This document shows positions 1 through 9,076 of a stretch of 49,560 nucleotides of DNA, in pieces. This DNA comes from a virus. The DNA lies in the IMG/VR virus record IMGVR_UViG_3300025289_000006; one strand, written 5' to 3'. Positions within the stretch are counted from its first letter, which is position 1, and each line of letters starts with the position of its first letter. The position numbers and the translations under genes are program-made. A model generated the notes under the pieces. It ran no database searches and had not been told where the DNA came from. It saw only the letters and a program-made list of their open reading frames with translations.

Positions 1-99
1 GCTGCGGGCAAGACCAAGGCCAAGGAGTTCGCCGCTATCCACGAGAAGGGCCAGCCCACGCCTATCGAGGTTGACCTCGGGCAGCTCGGTATCGCCAAC
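1..99. repeat. Terminal direct repeat, exact copy of 49462-49560 (circular-closure overlap)
   Basis: First 99 nt (gctgcgggcaagaccaagg...ggtatcgccaac) recur verbatim as the last 99 nt. Identity ends at nt 100. Confidence 0.95.
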
Positions 100-441
100 A
101 CGCCCGCGTTCGATAGGCTCTTCACCGGCCATTTCAACGCCTACCTGCTCAACCAGCCCGGCGTAGACAAGACCTTGATCGAGCGGTTCGATGAGAATGA
201 TAATCGCGTCCTAGAGACCGTCCCTACCAACTACAACCCTGCGCAACAGGCATCCGCAATCAAGTACGCCATCACCAAGATGCCGGCTGGCACCGAGCAA
301 TTCCTCGCGAAGTGGCATCCGCAACTTCTTCAGCAGATGGCCGCTGCGCCCGTGCTCCGCCCCGGCGCGCAGGGCATACTCGACAAGATCCGCGCCGCCA
401 AGACTGAAGGTGGCAAGGCTGCTGCTGCTGCGGAGAAGTAA
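1..441 (+). CDS. C-terminal part of junction-spanning virion protein (continuation of 48715..49560; 395 aa in the circle)
   Basis: Frame 1 is open from nt 1 to TAA 439-441 and is in phase with the ORF leaving the 3' end (49461 is divisible by 3). The stop overlaps the next ATG (TAATG). Confidence 0.7.
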   Translation, partial: AAGKTKAKEFAAIHEKGQPTPIEVDLGQLGIANTPAFDRLFTGHFNAYLLNQPGVDKTLIERFDENDNRVLETVPTNYNPAQQASAIKYAITKMPAGTEQFLAKWHPQLLQQMAAAPVLRPGAQGILDKIRAAKTEGGKAAAAAEK

Positions 442-3400
442 TGGGCCGCATCCTATCGGATGAGGAGATCCGGCAGGTCATCGCGGACGGCGTGCCGGAT
501 GAGATACTCACCGAGCTGGCATCGGCCGGTGCGATGGAGGACCTGGAAGCACTAGAGAACGGTGTCCTCGCCGCGGCGAGTCCCAAGATGGCAAGGCTAC
601 AGGCGGGGTATCCTGTTGCGGGTGGCGGCGAAGCCGGGCCTACTCGTAGCCCAGGGCTCATTATCCCAGAGAGGACAGCGCCTGGCGCTATCCCACCCGC
701 AGCTCTGACTCGCATGCCCGGCGCTGAGATGGGTCGTTCCATTCTCAACGCGCCGCAGATGATAGGACAGGCACTGCTACATCCCGTCGAGACTGCCAAG
801 TTGATGGGTGAGCAAGCCACCGAGATCATAGCCGGGCTCGTCCAGGCTCCACAGTCGTTATTCCTCGACCTGCCTGTCGTCCCCAAGGCAGATGCAGAAC
901 GTATCTCTGCCGAGGAGCGCGCAGCGGGCCGTCCCTTCCCTGACCTTCTCGAAGTCCAGATGCTCTACCAGGAAGAGCTGCGGGCCAAGGCTGCCGCGAC
1001 CAAGGCCGAGGCCGATAGCCCGCGCTGGGAGACTACGAAGGGGCTGGTAATGGGTCCTGTCCAGTCGATGTACGACACGATCACTGATCCGTCCGGGGTC
1101 ATCCGTGACAGACCGTTAGAGTTCGGGATCAACGTGGGACTCCTGGCGAAGTTCAAGCGCACGGGGGGTGAGGCTGCGCTCAAGGAGGTCGTACCGTCCA
1201 CGCCTGAGACGGCCGTGTCACCGGCTGGTCCACCTGCCATCCCCCGCCCCTCCCCCGAGGCCGTCCGCGCGTTCGTCGACTTGAACATGAACAAGGATGT
1301 ACCCACCATCAAGCTGCGTAAGGGAGAGACCCCTGCCGAGGCGACCGCTGCCCTCGCTGATGTCTACCCATACAACATCGCGCCGTTAGATCCCGTTGCC
1401 GCAGTCAAGGCCGCTAATGAAGTCATCAAGAGCCGAGCTGCCGCCCAGGCCGAGGCCCACCCACTCGTGCCCTCGTCCGTCTTCGAGCCCCGTGAGATCC
1501 CGCCATATAGTCCGCCCGGTACCTGGGACGTGCCTCTTGAGACCGCCCTCGATGCGACCAAGTCCATCCCCGATCGACTCGCGGCTATCAAGGAGGCACG
1601 GGCGGCGTTCGACGCTGATGTAGCCACACGCGAAGGTCCCCTCCCCGCTCGCCTCACTCTCATCGATGAGGCTCTCAAGACCATGTCCGAGAAACTAGCT
1701 AAGGCTGTCGAGGTGGAGGGACTATCGCCGGAGCAGGTATACGCTGTCCTCCGCGACCAGATGACCTTGGAGCTGCCCCCCACCGACCTCATGGGTTCTA
1801 TCATGTCAGGTGGCGGTGGCGAGACACTCGCCGCTGCGACGGGTCTCGATGTAAGCAATATCGTCTCGAACGTGTTGAAGTCGTCTACAGGTGCGACGGC
1901 TATCCCCGCGCTCGCGCATCGAGTCGAATCATTCCTCACCGGCCTCGGCACCGCCTGGGAAGCACAGTTCGGCGCTAAGCCCCAGCACTGGTGGCTCCTG
2001 GACGAACCCAACGCCCGTCCCCTATTCGCACACGCGATGGAAGTCGGCGCTGCCAAGGGCGCGGTCCGGTTCAACTTCATCGAGAACCGGGTCAAGCCCT
2101 GGTACAAGACCTACATCAAGACTGGTGACATGGCAGACGACTTCCTCCGCCTCGCGTTCGACGATGCCGCGGCACATGCTCTCGCCCAGCCGGATCTCTT
2201 TCCCAATGTCAAGCTGACAAGACTGACCGACCTCGAACGAACTCGCATTATGACTCGCAAGGGCATGTCCGAAGCGGTCGAAGCCTACAAGTCCACTATC
2301 CAACCTGAGTTAGAGAAGTGGCTTGAGCCAGCAGGGATCACAACCAAGCGGCCTGGCATATATGTCCCGCTCATCAGGTTTGATCCTACGCGACATGCTA
2401 GCCTACGACGATACGTGGCGCTGGAAGGCGAGTTCATCAACCTGGGAGAGGTACGTACTATAGGCTACGGTGCCGGTGGACGCCGCATGCAGCCTGGTGC
2501 TCAGCGCGCGCGTGCAGCCCGCCGTCTCACAGCAGCAGAGGAACTATACCTTGGTGACTTCGAGAAGATCCTCACCGAGGATATGACCGACCGTTACGGC
2601 AAGGCCAAGTATAACGAGTTCCGTGAAGAGGTCATGCGGCATAAGGTACAGGTTGATCCTGTTGCAGGTGAGATCCCCAAGGAGGTCATGTTCGGCGGCA
2701 AGGCAGTGCCGGTAGTATCCATCACCGTTCGCCTGCCACAGCTCCATGAAACTGTCACTCGCACGACGACTCTCGGTAAGAAGATCGCTGCGGACATTGT
2801 GGGGGCGGAAGGTGCTACTCTCGCCGCTGAATTGAAGGGTAAGCTGCTCTCTCGCACCGAAAAGGGCGCGTTCATATCCGGCGAGATTCGCGTGCCCAAA
2901 CCCGTCGCTGACACCTACAACCTTGTCTCCGGCTACTTCGGCGAGGGGGTCCCCGGTGCAACCAAGGGAATCCCCGGCTACAACATTTCCGAGGTCCCGT
3001 GGATAGGGCCGTTCACACGGACGATGACAGGTTGGCAGTTGGCATCACCCGCCGAAGGTTACGGCCACTCGGTTATCGTGTTCGGTAACGCCCTTGCCCA
3101 CCCGGCTATTGCCAAGGTGCTGTCCACGCGAACGCGCCGGCTACTTGCGCGTACCGCGATCGGCAAGACGTGGGCGCTCTACCAGGAAGCCCGCAGCATG
3201 TCGGGGCCGAAGTGGACCGCCGCCTACCAGGAGAACGCAAAGTACGGGGCGCTCCGAACTAGCCAGCTAGAAGAGTACACGCTCGCCGACAAGTCCATCA
3301 AGACTCAAGCTATCCGCGATCAGATGCGGGAGTCGCCGATAGGGCGTGCGACACTTCACGCTATCGAGGGTCTCACCGAGATCGTCTGGCCGAAGTGGCG

Positions 3401-4712
3401 GGTGTTCGGTCCGCCCGGTGAGGGGAAGAGCGGCGGGGTTATCCCATTCCCACTCCCTGCCGGCTTCGAGACGCGGTTGCGTACTATCCTGGCCGAGGCG
3501 ATCCGTATACAGTCCGAGATGGATGGCAAGCCGGTCACCGTGGCGGAGGCTGCTTACGAGGTCAACGCTCGCTCCGGCACCTACGTCGAAGCCCTCGCGC
3601 CCACCGCCGTGAAGATGCTCCGTAACATCCCTGTTGTAGGCGACCCGTTCGCGGCTGCGCTAGTCTCGTCGTTGAGGTCGTCTGCTCAGTTCCTATACGA
3701 GGGGACCCGGCCACTCACCGACCTCGCGACGGTCCCCTCCCGTGCGATCATGGAAGGTGTCAAGCAGGGTAGCTCCAAAGCCGCTGCCCAATTCATCGGC
3801 GAGCACATGTGGCGGGACATCCATTGGAACCTCGTTTGGAACAACTTCGAGATGTTGATCCTCTACCCTGCGCTCATCAACAAGTTTATGACCGGCAAGT
3901 GGACGTGGGAGCTAATGGCAGAGGGCCACTCGGCGGACGACATCGTGGTCTACCCTAACCGCTTCGCGGGCAAGCCGACTGACCGGACAGTCAGCTTCAA
4001 GGTTCGCAACATCTCGCCGTTGCATGGCCGCGCGCTCGTCTACACAGGCGCGAAGGCACTCATAGACGGCATCGCGCGGGGTGATAGAGGGCTAGAGTTG
4101 GTAGGTGACTGGACCATTGGCATGGCGAATGCAATCACGGGTCGGGTCCATGCGGGCGCGCAAGGCGCATGGATTCTCGCGACGGGCCGCTCCCCTCGCG
4201 TCTCTCGCACGGGTGAGCAGATCCAGGTAGCTGAGACAGCCATGGGCGGTGAGAAGGTCAAGCGCCGTGTGGCAGCAGCCATCCCCAAGATCCTCCCTCT
4301 GACCGAGCCTATCGCGCTCGCGAAGGAGCTGGCTAGCGGTGTGCCAGGCCCCCGCCCCTTCCGCGAGCCCTGGGCGAATGCCACATACACGGCTCTCATG
4401 GGGATTGGTCAGGAGCCATTGGTGGGACCGTCACCGCTCGCGCGCGCCGCGAAGATGCGACCCGGCCGTGACGACGAGGTAGAAGCCCGCGAGCTGGCAC
4501 GGAACATCGCGGCGGGGTTGGTAGACATGTCGAACCGAACCGCCGAGGAGCGGAGAGCTTACGTCGAGCGCCGCCTGGAGGATGACATCCCCGATGACCT
4601 CAAGGCCAAGTGGCGCGGCCGAGTCCACGCCTGGGCCAACGAAGAGGTCTTCAGGATCAAGGGTCGGCAGGTGTCGGGGGCGGCACGAGCTGGCTATCGG
4701 GCGGGCCAGTAG
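441..4712 (+). CDS. Very large (1423 aa) internal-virion/ejection-type protein candidate
   Basis: Longest ORF. It is the last of three consecutive late ORFs (263, 395, 1423 aa), an arrangement like T7 gp14-15-16 core proteins. No catalytic motif recognised by eye. Confidence 0.5.
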   Translation: MGRILSDEEIRQVIADGVPDEILTELASAGAMEDLEALENGVLAAASPKMARLQAGYPVAGGGEAGPTRSPGLIIPERTAPGAIPPAALTRMPGAEMGRSILNAPQMIGQALLHPVETAKLMGEQATEIIAGLVQAPQSLFLDLPVVPKADAERISAEERAAGRPFPDLLEVQMLYQEELRAKAAATKAEADSPRWETTKGLVMGPVQSMYDTITDPSGVIRDRPLEFGINVGLLAKFKRTGGEAALKEVVPSTPETAVSPAGPPAIPRPSPEAVRAFVDLNMNKDVPTIKLRKGETPAEATAALADVYPYNIAPLDPVAAVKAANEVIKSRAAAQAEAHPLVPSSVFEPREIPPYSPPGTWDVPLETALDATKSIPDRLAAIKEARAAFDADVATREGPLPARLTLIDEALKTMSEKLAKAVEVEGLSPEQVYAVLRDQMTLELPPTDLMGSIMSGGGGETLAAATGLDVSNIVSNVLKSSTGATAIPALAHRVESFLTGLGTAWEAQFGAKPQHWWLLDEPNARPLFAHAMEVGAAKGAVRFNFIENRVKPWYKTYIKTGDMADDFLRLAFDDAAAHALAQPDLFPNVKLTRLTDLERTRIMTRKGMSEAVEAYKSTIQPELEKWLEPAGITTKRPGIYVPLIRFDPTRHASLRRYVALEGEFINLGEVRTIGYGAGGRRMQPGAQRARAARRLTAAEELYLGDFEKILTEDMTDRYGKAKYNEFREEVMRHKVQVDPVAGEIPKEVMFGGKAVPVVSITVRLPQLHETVTRTTTLGKKIAADIVGAEGATLAAELKGKLLSRTEKGAFISGEIRVPKPVADTYNLVSGYFGEGVPGATKGIPGYNISEVPWIGPFTRTMTGWQLASPAEGYGHSVIVFGNALAHPAIAKVLSTRTRRLLARTAIGKTWALYQEARSMSGPKWTAAYQENAKYGALRTSQLEEYTLADKSIKTQAIRDQMRESPIGRATLHAIEGLTEIVWPKWRVFGPPGEGKSGGVIPFPLPAGFETRLRTILAEAIRIQSEMDGKPVTVAEAAYEVNARSGTYVEALAPTAVKMLRNIPVVGDPFAAALVSSLRSSAQFLYEGTRPLTDLATVPSRAIMEGVKQGSSKAAAQFIGEHMWRDIHWNLVWNNFEMLILYPALINKFMTGKWTWELMAEGHSADDIVVYPNRFAGKPTDRTVSFKVRNISPLHGRALVYTGAKALIDGIARGDRGLELVGDWTIGMANAITGRVHAGAQGAWILATGRSPRVSRTGEQIQVAETAMGGEKVKRRVAAAIPKILPLTEPIALAKELASGVPGPRPFREPWANATYTALMGIGQEPLVGPSPLARAAKMRPGRDDEVEARELARNIAAGLVDMSNRTAEERRAYVERRLEDDIPDDLKAKWRGRVHAWANEEVFRIKGRQVSGAARAGYRAGQ

Positions 4713-4845
4713 CTAGCATGAAGTCTAGCTGGTGGCTATGCACGGCCCGCTCCGCATGAAACAGCGCCCAAGAGTCACGTAGGGCCTTGATAAGTTCCTC
4801 GCGGTCCATTTCAGTCACGGGCTTGCCATGCCAGAGGTCAACCAT
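4657..4845 (-). CDS. Hypothetical 62-aa protein, last gene of lysis cassette
   Basis: ATG overlaps the upstream stop by 8 nt (ATGGTTGA). The 3' end overlaps the convergent 1423-aa gene by 56 nt. Confidence 0.4.
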   Translation of the reverse strand: MVDLWHGKPVTEMDREELIKALRDSWALFHAERAVHSHQLDFMLATGPPDSQLVPPPTPADP

Positions 4846-5329
4846 GATTACTCAGCACCCCCAGCTTCTTACCCTGTGAAATGTGCTCAAACAGGAGCGT
4901 ACCAGCCAGCACGATCGCCCCGATCACCGGCCGGCCGGCCTGGACAAGCGCCAACCACACTGCTCCCCCGACCGTCTCCAGCGCGGTGATGTCGAGTGAC
5001 CGGCGGTTGAACAGGAAGCCCTTGATGGGCGTCTCCGAGAACGAACTCAGCTCGACGTTGTGCTGCACGAACATGGTGGCGAAGAGGAAGATGGCGGCTG
5101 CTACAGGATTCACCCCGGCGATAGCCAGCCACAGGACCCAGATGATCGCCTCGGACCCGCTGAGTGCCACGACCTTGCCTAGCCCGCCCCTCAACCTACT
5201 CGACACGACGTGCTCGCCAATGAGTCCGGCCAGTAGGAAGAGTGCCGGGCCGACTCCGAATCCCCCCATCGCTAGCCAGCCTACCAGTGCTACCAGTTCG
5301 ATCACGGTTATCACGATCGCGCGCTTCAT
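4838..5329 (-). CDS. Polytopic membrane protein (about 5-6 TM), holin candidate
   Basis: 163 aa made of hydrophobic helices (VITVIELVALVGWLAMGGF, IIWVLWLAIAGV, AAIFLFATMFV, IGAIVLAGTLLF). ATGA overlap with the endolysin stop. Confidence 0.55.
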   Translation of the reverse strand: MKRAIVITVIELVALVGWLAMGGFGVGPALFLLAGLIGEHVVSSRLRGGLGKVVALSGSEAIIWVLWLAIAGVNPVAAAIFLFATMFVQHNVELSSFSETPIKGFLFNRRSLDITALETVGGAVWLALVQAGRPVIGAIVLAGTLLFEHISQGKKLGVLSNHG

Positions 5330-5781
5330 TTCTCCTCCTTCTCGTAGTCATGGTCAACATCGTAGAAGATGATCCGTCCCACCTGCCCGCACTTGCGAGC
5401 TGTAACGGTCCACTTCGGGGCGGTGATACTTACATCGTAGTACGAGTCAGCGCCGGGGACGGGATTGTCTACTGGCGCGGCGGCGACCCCCGGGAACAAG
5501 AGCTGCATCGCCACGCCTAGACACTCCTGCCAGGAGGTATCACTGAGCAAGGGCCAGCGAGTGAGCTGCTTGTCGCGGGGATCAGTCAGGGACGAATACT
5601 GCCATTTCTTCGTGATGACCTCGTCAACTGTGCGGCCCCACCACGATGGTCGGGCCACGCGATTGAGTATGGAGTACCCCACCGCAGTCCTACCAAGCTG
5701 TGGCTCTCCCCGTGCTTCCCGCCAGATCGCTAACGCAAGGTAGAAGGTCTGGGTACATGTAGCATTCGTGAGTTTAGGCAT
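5326..5781 (-). CDS. SleB/CwlJ-type cell-wall hydrolase (endolysin)
   Basis: LALAIWREARGEPQLGRTAVGYSILNRV and the C-terminal GADSYYD...PKW...GRIIFYD match the Hydrolase_2 (SleB) pattern. ATG at 5781 follows the GGAGA RBS. The longer track ORF (to 6048) is an upstream extension. Confidence 0.8.
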   Translation of the reverse strand: MPKLTNATCTQTFYLALAIWREARGEPQLGRTAVGYSILNRVARPSWWGRTVDEVITKKWQYSSLTDPRDKQLTRWPLLSDTSWQECLGVAMQLLFPGVAAAPVDNPVPGADSYYDVSITAPKWTVTARKCGQVGRIIFYDVDHDYEKEEK

Positions 5782-5783
5782 GG

Positions 5784-5882
5784 TCAGTCTCCATTGCAGT
5801 TCTCCACGATAAGGTGACACCAGGGACACACCAACTTGCAGTGTATCACAACTAGCTTCCCACTGCACAGCGGGCAGTCCAT
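5784..5882 (-). CDS. 32-aa zinc-ribbon micro-protein
   Basis: MDCPLCSGKLVVIHCKLVCPWCHLIVENCNGD (CxxC...CxxC). It is packed with 2-nt gaps to both neighbours and is below the track cut-off. Confidence 0.5.
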   Translation of the reverse strand: MDCPLCSGKLVVIHCKLVCPWCHLIVENCNGD

Positions 5883-5884
5883 GA

Positions 5885-6076
5885 CTACGTCCTGGTAGAA
5901 GTGAACGACCGCTTGTACCATGTCTTGATGTCCTGGTAGAGTCGTCGGGGATGTCCTGGCGCGTACATGATCGTATCTCTGTCCCCCTTGCGGCCGACAT
6001 GCAGGATGTGCATGTCACGGCTGGTCGCCCTGACGGATGCCTCGTCACGAAGTCTCTTAGCTACGGTGCCACGCAT
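5885..6076 (-). CDS. Hypothetical basic 63-aa protein
   Basis: ATG preceded by GAGGTGAAGGA. Overlaps the upstream gene end by 16 nt. Confidence 0.45.
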   Translation of the reverse strand: MRGTVAKRLRDEASVRATSRDMHILHVGRKGDRDTIMYAPGHPRRLYQDIKTWYKRSFTSTRT

Positions 6077-6348
6077 TCCTTCACCTCGACCTCCCAGCTC
6101 TCATCAGGACATTCCCCCGCCCAGGTCCTGAGTTGCCGCAGCGCGGCCACGACGTTGCCCGGGGTGGGCGCGGTGAGGTCGTTGTAGTGGACCTTACAGT
6201 GCTTCCAGCGGTCGATAAATGCGGTGAGCACCTCGACTGTGTCACCTGCTCGCTGCTTATGCAGCCCCCCGAAGATGAACAGGTCGGAGAAGGTGATGGG
6301 GATGGCATACCCCCCGGGTCCGTTCAGACGGATGTGGATGAGTTTCAT
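6061..6348 (-). CDS. Hypothetical 95-aa protein
   Basis: Strong RBS (AGGAGGGAACAC-ATG). First gene after a 218-nt gap. Confidence 0.6.
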   Translation of the reverse strand: MKLIHIRLNGPGGYAIPITFSDLFIFGGLHKQRAGDTVEVLTAFIDRWKHCKVHYNDLTAPTPGNVVAALRQLRTWAGECPDESWEVEVKECVAP

Positions 6349-6566
6349 GTGTTCCCTCCTGATAGATAATTACCGGTTTACCCGTAGTCCTTGACTACCA
6401 TGTTATCCGTGTTCACCGTCCCCCCAGAAAGTCATGCCCCTGCCACCAGCTACCTGGAAACATCCTCGAACTGCCGATCATACCGCGGGGTTTACTAGCC
6501 TTGCCGCGGACTCGCTTCACGCCGAGGCCAGATACACGACGAGACTTCTTCCCCTTACCCCCCTGT

Positions 6567-6788
6567 TTACTTCGGTTGGGCATCGTCGCGCGCCTTACCA
6601 GGACCAGGATACTCCATCCCGGGGAACTCTAGCTCGGCGATCCTGTTCTCTAGTCGCTCGGTATAATCATACAACGCCTCGATGAGCTGTAGCAGGTAGG
6701 AGCCGTAGCTGTCAGTAGTCAGCTCACGGTTAGGAATCGCGGCCCCCAGCCCGGCAGCTAGCTCGTGTAGTTTCTGGTACTCCGTCAT
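6567..6788 (-). CDS. Hypothetical 73-aa protein
   Basis: ATG 6788 overlaps the helicase stop (ATGA) and follows GGAGGTGAG. Helical, acidic. Confidence 0.6.
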   Translation of the reverse strand: MTEYQKLHELAAGLGAAIPNRELTTDSYGSYLLQLIEALYDYTERLENRIAELEFPGMEYPGPGKARDDAQPK

Positions 6789-8209
6789 CTCACCTCCCAC
6801 ACCGAGCCCAACCAGGCAGGGCCTTTACGTTCCAGCAGCATCCTCGCGGCCGCGAGCGTCTGCAACGCCCCCTTCACCCGGCCGGCGTTGTACCTGTTCC
6901 TGAACGCGCGGACTATGTCAGACTGCTGAGCCTTTCCGCCTCTGCTCTGGATGAACCTCAACACAGCCTCCACGGGCGCGCCCTCCTCGGTGACACCGAG
7001 TTGCCGGTAGACATTGTACACCGTCGAATCGCACCAGTCAAGGACAAGTCGTGCCCGATGCAACCACTCAGCCTGGAGCGCGTCGGGCGGGCCACCATCG
7101 GCGACTTGCCAGACGACCGCCAACTTGATAACGTGCGCCTGCTTGCGAGCGTACCAGGCCAGCACCTGCTCATCCTGGGTAGCCCCTTCCTGGCGACATA
7201 GCTCGCCCTCATACCAGGACACGAGATACTTCTCGGCGCTGGGATCAAACGCCATGTGCTCCATGACCGTCTTGAGGCGCACCCCCAGAGACTCGATCAG
7301 CTCAGCGGCCAGCCGCTCATCGAACTTGGGCAGTGCCATTCGATGCCGTCTCCCTGCCGCCTCGAAGGGGATGTGGCGTGGTAGATGCCCGCCCTTCACA
7401 GCGTCGGGGGGCAGGTCCAACAGCCAACTCATCGTGGAACATCCGCACAGGCACAGGTATACATTGTCCAGCTCGTAGAACTCCTCCATGGAAAGTGCCC
7501 TCGACCACTTGTCCGGGCAGTCGTACCAGTCGGTCAGCCACTTTGCCAGCTCGGTCTTATACTTGTCCTTACCTACCAGCACGCCGTACTCGGATGCCAG
7601 TATGAGGCCGTCCGCGGCCCGGGCCGTCTCGGCATAGCGGCGTCGTAGGGCTCGTGCATAGCCTTGCTGTGAGCCCTCGGAGGGTAGGATGTTGGTCGTC
7701 GGGAACGCTCGTGTGACTAGACTCCCCGCCATCTTCATCGCCGACGACTTCCGTGATCCTGTAGGCCCTATCAGTAGTACATACAGGTTAGGGTAGGTGG
7801 GTGCCACCGACCACTGGATCAGCGGGCGTCTCGCCAGCGCCCCTGATATACACGCCGCCATCGCACCGAAGTGGAATTGCGCGGGGGCCTCTGACTCGGC
7901 TGTGTATTCCAGGTACCGGCCGAACCACCCATCTGTTACCAACGACTCGAAAGAAACGGGCGCTGCGAGCGGGACACTCTTGTCGGGTGGTGTCGTTACC
8001 CCCAACGCCCGCGCGAGGTCGTGCTCATCGATATTGAAGACCGTGCGGATGCGCTGACAAAGGGACTCCCACTCGGCCGGGGTGGCATTCGCGTGCGTGA
8101 TGTTCGCGAGTGCTACGACCTTCCCTAGAAGTTCCTCGTCCCCCTCGACGTTGATGGCAACATCGAGGAGCTGGTCCAACTGTTCCCGGTAGACTTCAAG
8201 GCTGTCCAC
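6785..8209 (-). CDS. P-loop NTPase, DUF3987/D5-like replicative helicase candidate
   Basis: 474 aa with Walker A LLIGPTGSRKSS. Size and position next to the polymerase fit a helicase. GTG start. No primase motifs seen. Confidence 0.5.
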   Translation of the reverse strand: MDSLEVYREQLDQLLDVAINVEGDEELLGKVVALANITHANATPAEWESLCQRIRTVFNIDEHDLARALGVTTPPDKSVPLAAPVSFESLVTDGWFGRYLEYTAESEAPAQFHFGAMAACISGALARRPLIQWSVAPTYPNLYVLLIGPTGSRKSSAMKMAGSLVTRAFPTTNILPSEGSQQGYARALRRRYAETARAADGLILASEYGVLVGKDKYKTELAKWLTDWYDCPDKWSRALSMEEFYELDNVYLCLCGCSTMSWLLDLPPDAVKGGHLPRHIPFEAAGRRHRMALPKFDERLAAELIESLGVRLKTVMEHMAFDPSAEKYLVSWYEGELCRQEGATQDEQVLAWYARKQAHVIKLAVVWQVADGGPPDALQAEWLHRARLVLDWCDSTVYNVYRQLGVTEEGAPVEAVLRFIQSRGGKAQQSDIVRAFRNRYNAGRVKGALQTLAAARMLLERKGPAWLGSVWEVR

Positions 8210-8320
8210 ACGTTAGCGCCTCTCGAAACGGCCACGAGTTATACCTCGACACACATAAAAGCCGAACTGCCAGCCCCAGAGCTGGCGCGCTCGACTTGTG
8301 TCCCAATAACCTCGCGACAT

Positions 8321-8545
8321 CTATCGCGGGCTCCTGTGACCCACCGTGGGCTGTAGTTTATTGCCTACTAGTGCCTGCCTATACGCTCTCTTGTTCATCG
8401 GATCGAACGTGCCGTGCTTGGGGCAACGTAGCACGACAGACAATCTCCCCCCGTACTTCGCCACAGCCTCCATCACCAGCTCACGGTTGCAGTGGCGGCA
8501 GATGGGGATGGGGCGGAGGGAGAGTTCACTCAATGTAGGCTCCAC
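8321..8545 (-). CDS. Zinc-ribbon protein, 74 aa
   Basis: CRHC...CPKH motif pair. GTG start. Overlaps the upstream gene by 20 nt. Confidence 0.5.
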   Translation of the reverse strand: MEPTLSELSLRPIPICRHCNRELVMEAVAKYGGRLSVVLRCPKHGTFDPMNKRAYRQALVGNKLQPTVGHRSPR

Positions 8546-8771
8546 AGCAGGAGCAGCGCCAGCTGGGGCAGCTTACAAAGCGGGCCTCGTATTCGTCTCT
8601 AGCACGACCCCCCGGGGGCGGCCACTTCGCGTAAGGCGCCATGCTGCCGCGCCACTCCTCCCCACACCTAGCACACCAGATGACATCGCCCATGGAGGTC
8701 AACACACCACTGCAAGCTTCGTGTCGAGTAAGATGGGCATCCCACGAACGGGGTACGATAGGTGATGCCAT
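8526..8771 (-). CDS. Cys-rich protein, 81 aa
   Basis: CARC...CPSWRCSCC cysteine clusters. Tight packing. Confidence 0.5.
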   Translation of the reverse strand: MASPIVPRSWDAHLTRHEACSGVLTSMGDVIWCARCGEEWRGSMAPYAKWPPPGGRARDEYEARFVSCPSWRCSCCGAYIE

Positions 8772-8773
8772 GA

Positions 8774-9076
8774 CTACTCATCCCCCCACACGAACAAGTT
8801 TGCTAGCTCGTTCATCACCGCGTTGTGGATCGCCTCGATGATAGTCGCCTCATCTGGTTTACTCGTGTACTTATACGCTCGCTGCACGCCATAGGTCACG
8901 CCGACTTCCACCTTATCTGCCATGATACCATGCAGGTCTATCTCGATCGGCGCGACCTTCAAGCTAGTCTTCCCTGCTCTCTTTCCCATCGCGGAATCCC
9001 TCCTCGTAATGTCGTTGCAAGCCCTCTTGGAAACAGTCATCGCAGATCGTTGCTGGACGGCCGTCGCAGCACTCAC
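8774..9076 (-). CDS. Hypothetical protein (100 aa from GTG 9076, or 71 aa from ATG 8989)
   Basis: GTGA overlap with the polymerase stop. The alternative ATG has a GGAGG RBS. Confidence 0.5.
   Translation of the reverse strand: MSAATAVQQRSAMTVSKRACNDITRRDSAMGKRAGKTSLKVAPIEIDLHGIMADKVEVGVTYGVQRAYKYTSKPDEATIIEAIHNAVMNELANLFVWGDE

Noticed and set aside
1-99. Terminal repeats as att sites of an excised prophage, or as biological DTRs.
   Set aside because: There is no integrase. The repeat lies inside an uninterrupted coding frame and is exactly 99 nt. An assembly overlap is the simpler explanation, although it cannot be proven from sequence alone.
272-886. Long antisense or alternative-frame track ORFs, for example 272..886, 1364..2107, 4881..5372, 15286..15888, 26301..27161, 28534..29091, 42496..43014, 43063..43548 and 48918..49559.
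   Set aside because: They lie opposite or out of frame to ORFs that have recognisable motifs or coupling. Their composition is Arg/Pro/Ser/Ala-rich, typical of shadow ORFs in high-GC DNA. They have no RBS.
441-4712. The 1423-aa ORF as a tape measure protein (siphovirus or myovirus).
   Set aside because: No major tail, sheath or chaperone-frameshift genes were seen. It follows the fibres and two smaller internal-protein-like ORFs. This remains unverified without profile searches.
5782-6048. N-terminal extensions of track ORFs: the endolysin to 6048, 23073..23354, 26374 start, 42896 start, 36841 start, 31882 start and 32736 start.
   Set aside because: Internal starts have SD sequences or ATGA/GTGA coupling, and the extensions overlap upstream genes or promoters. 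For example, the TTG at 23354 is the -35 hexamer.
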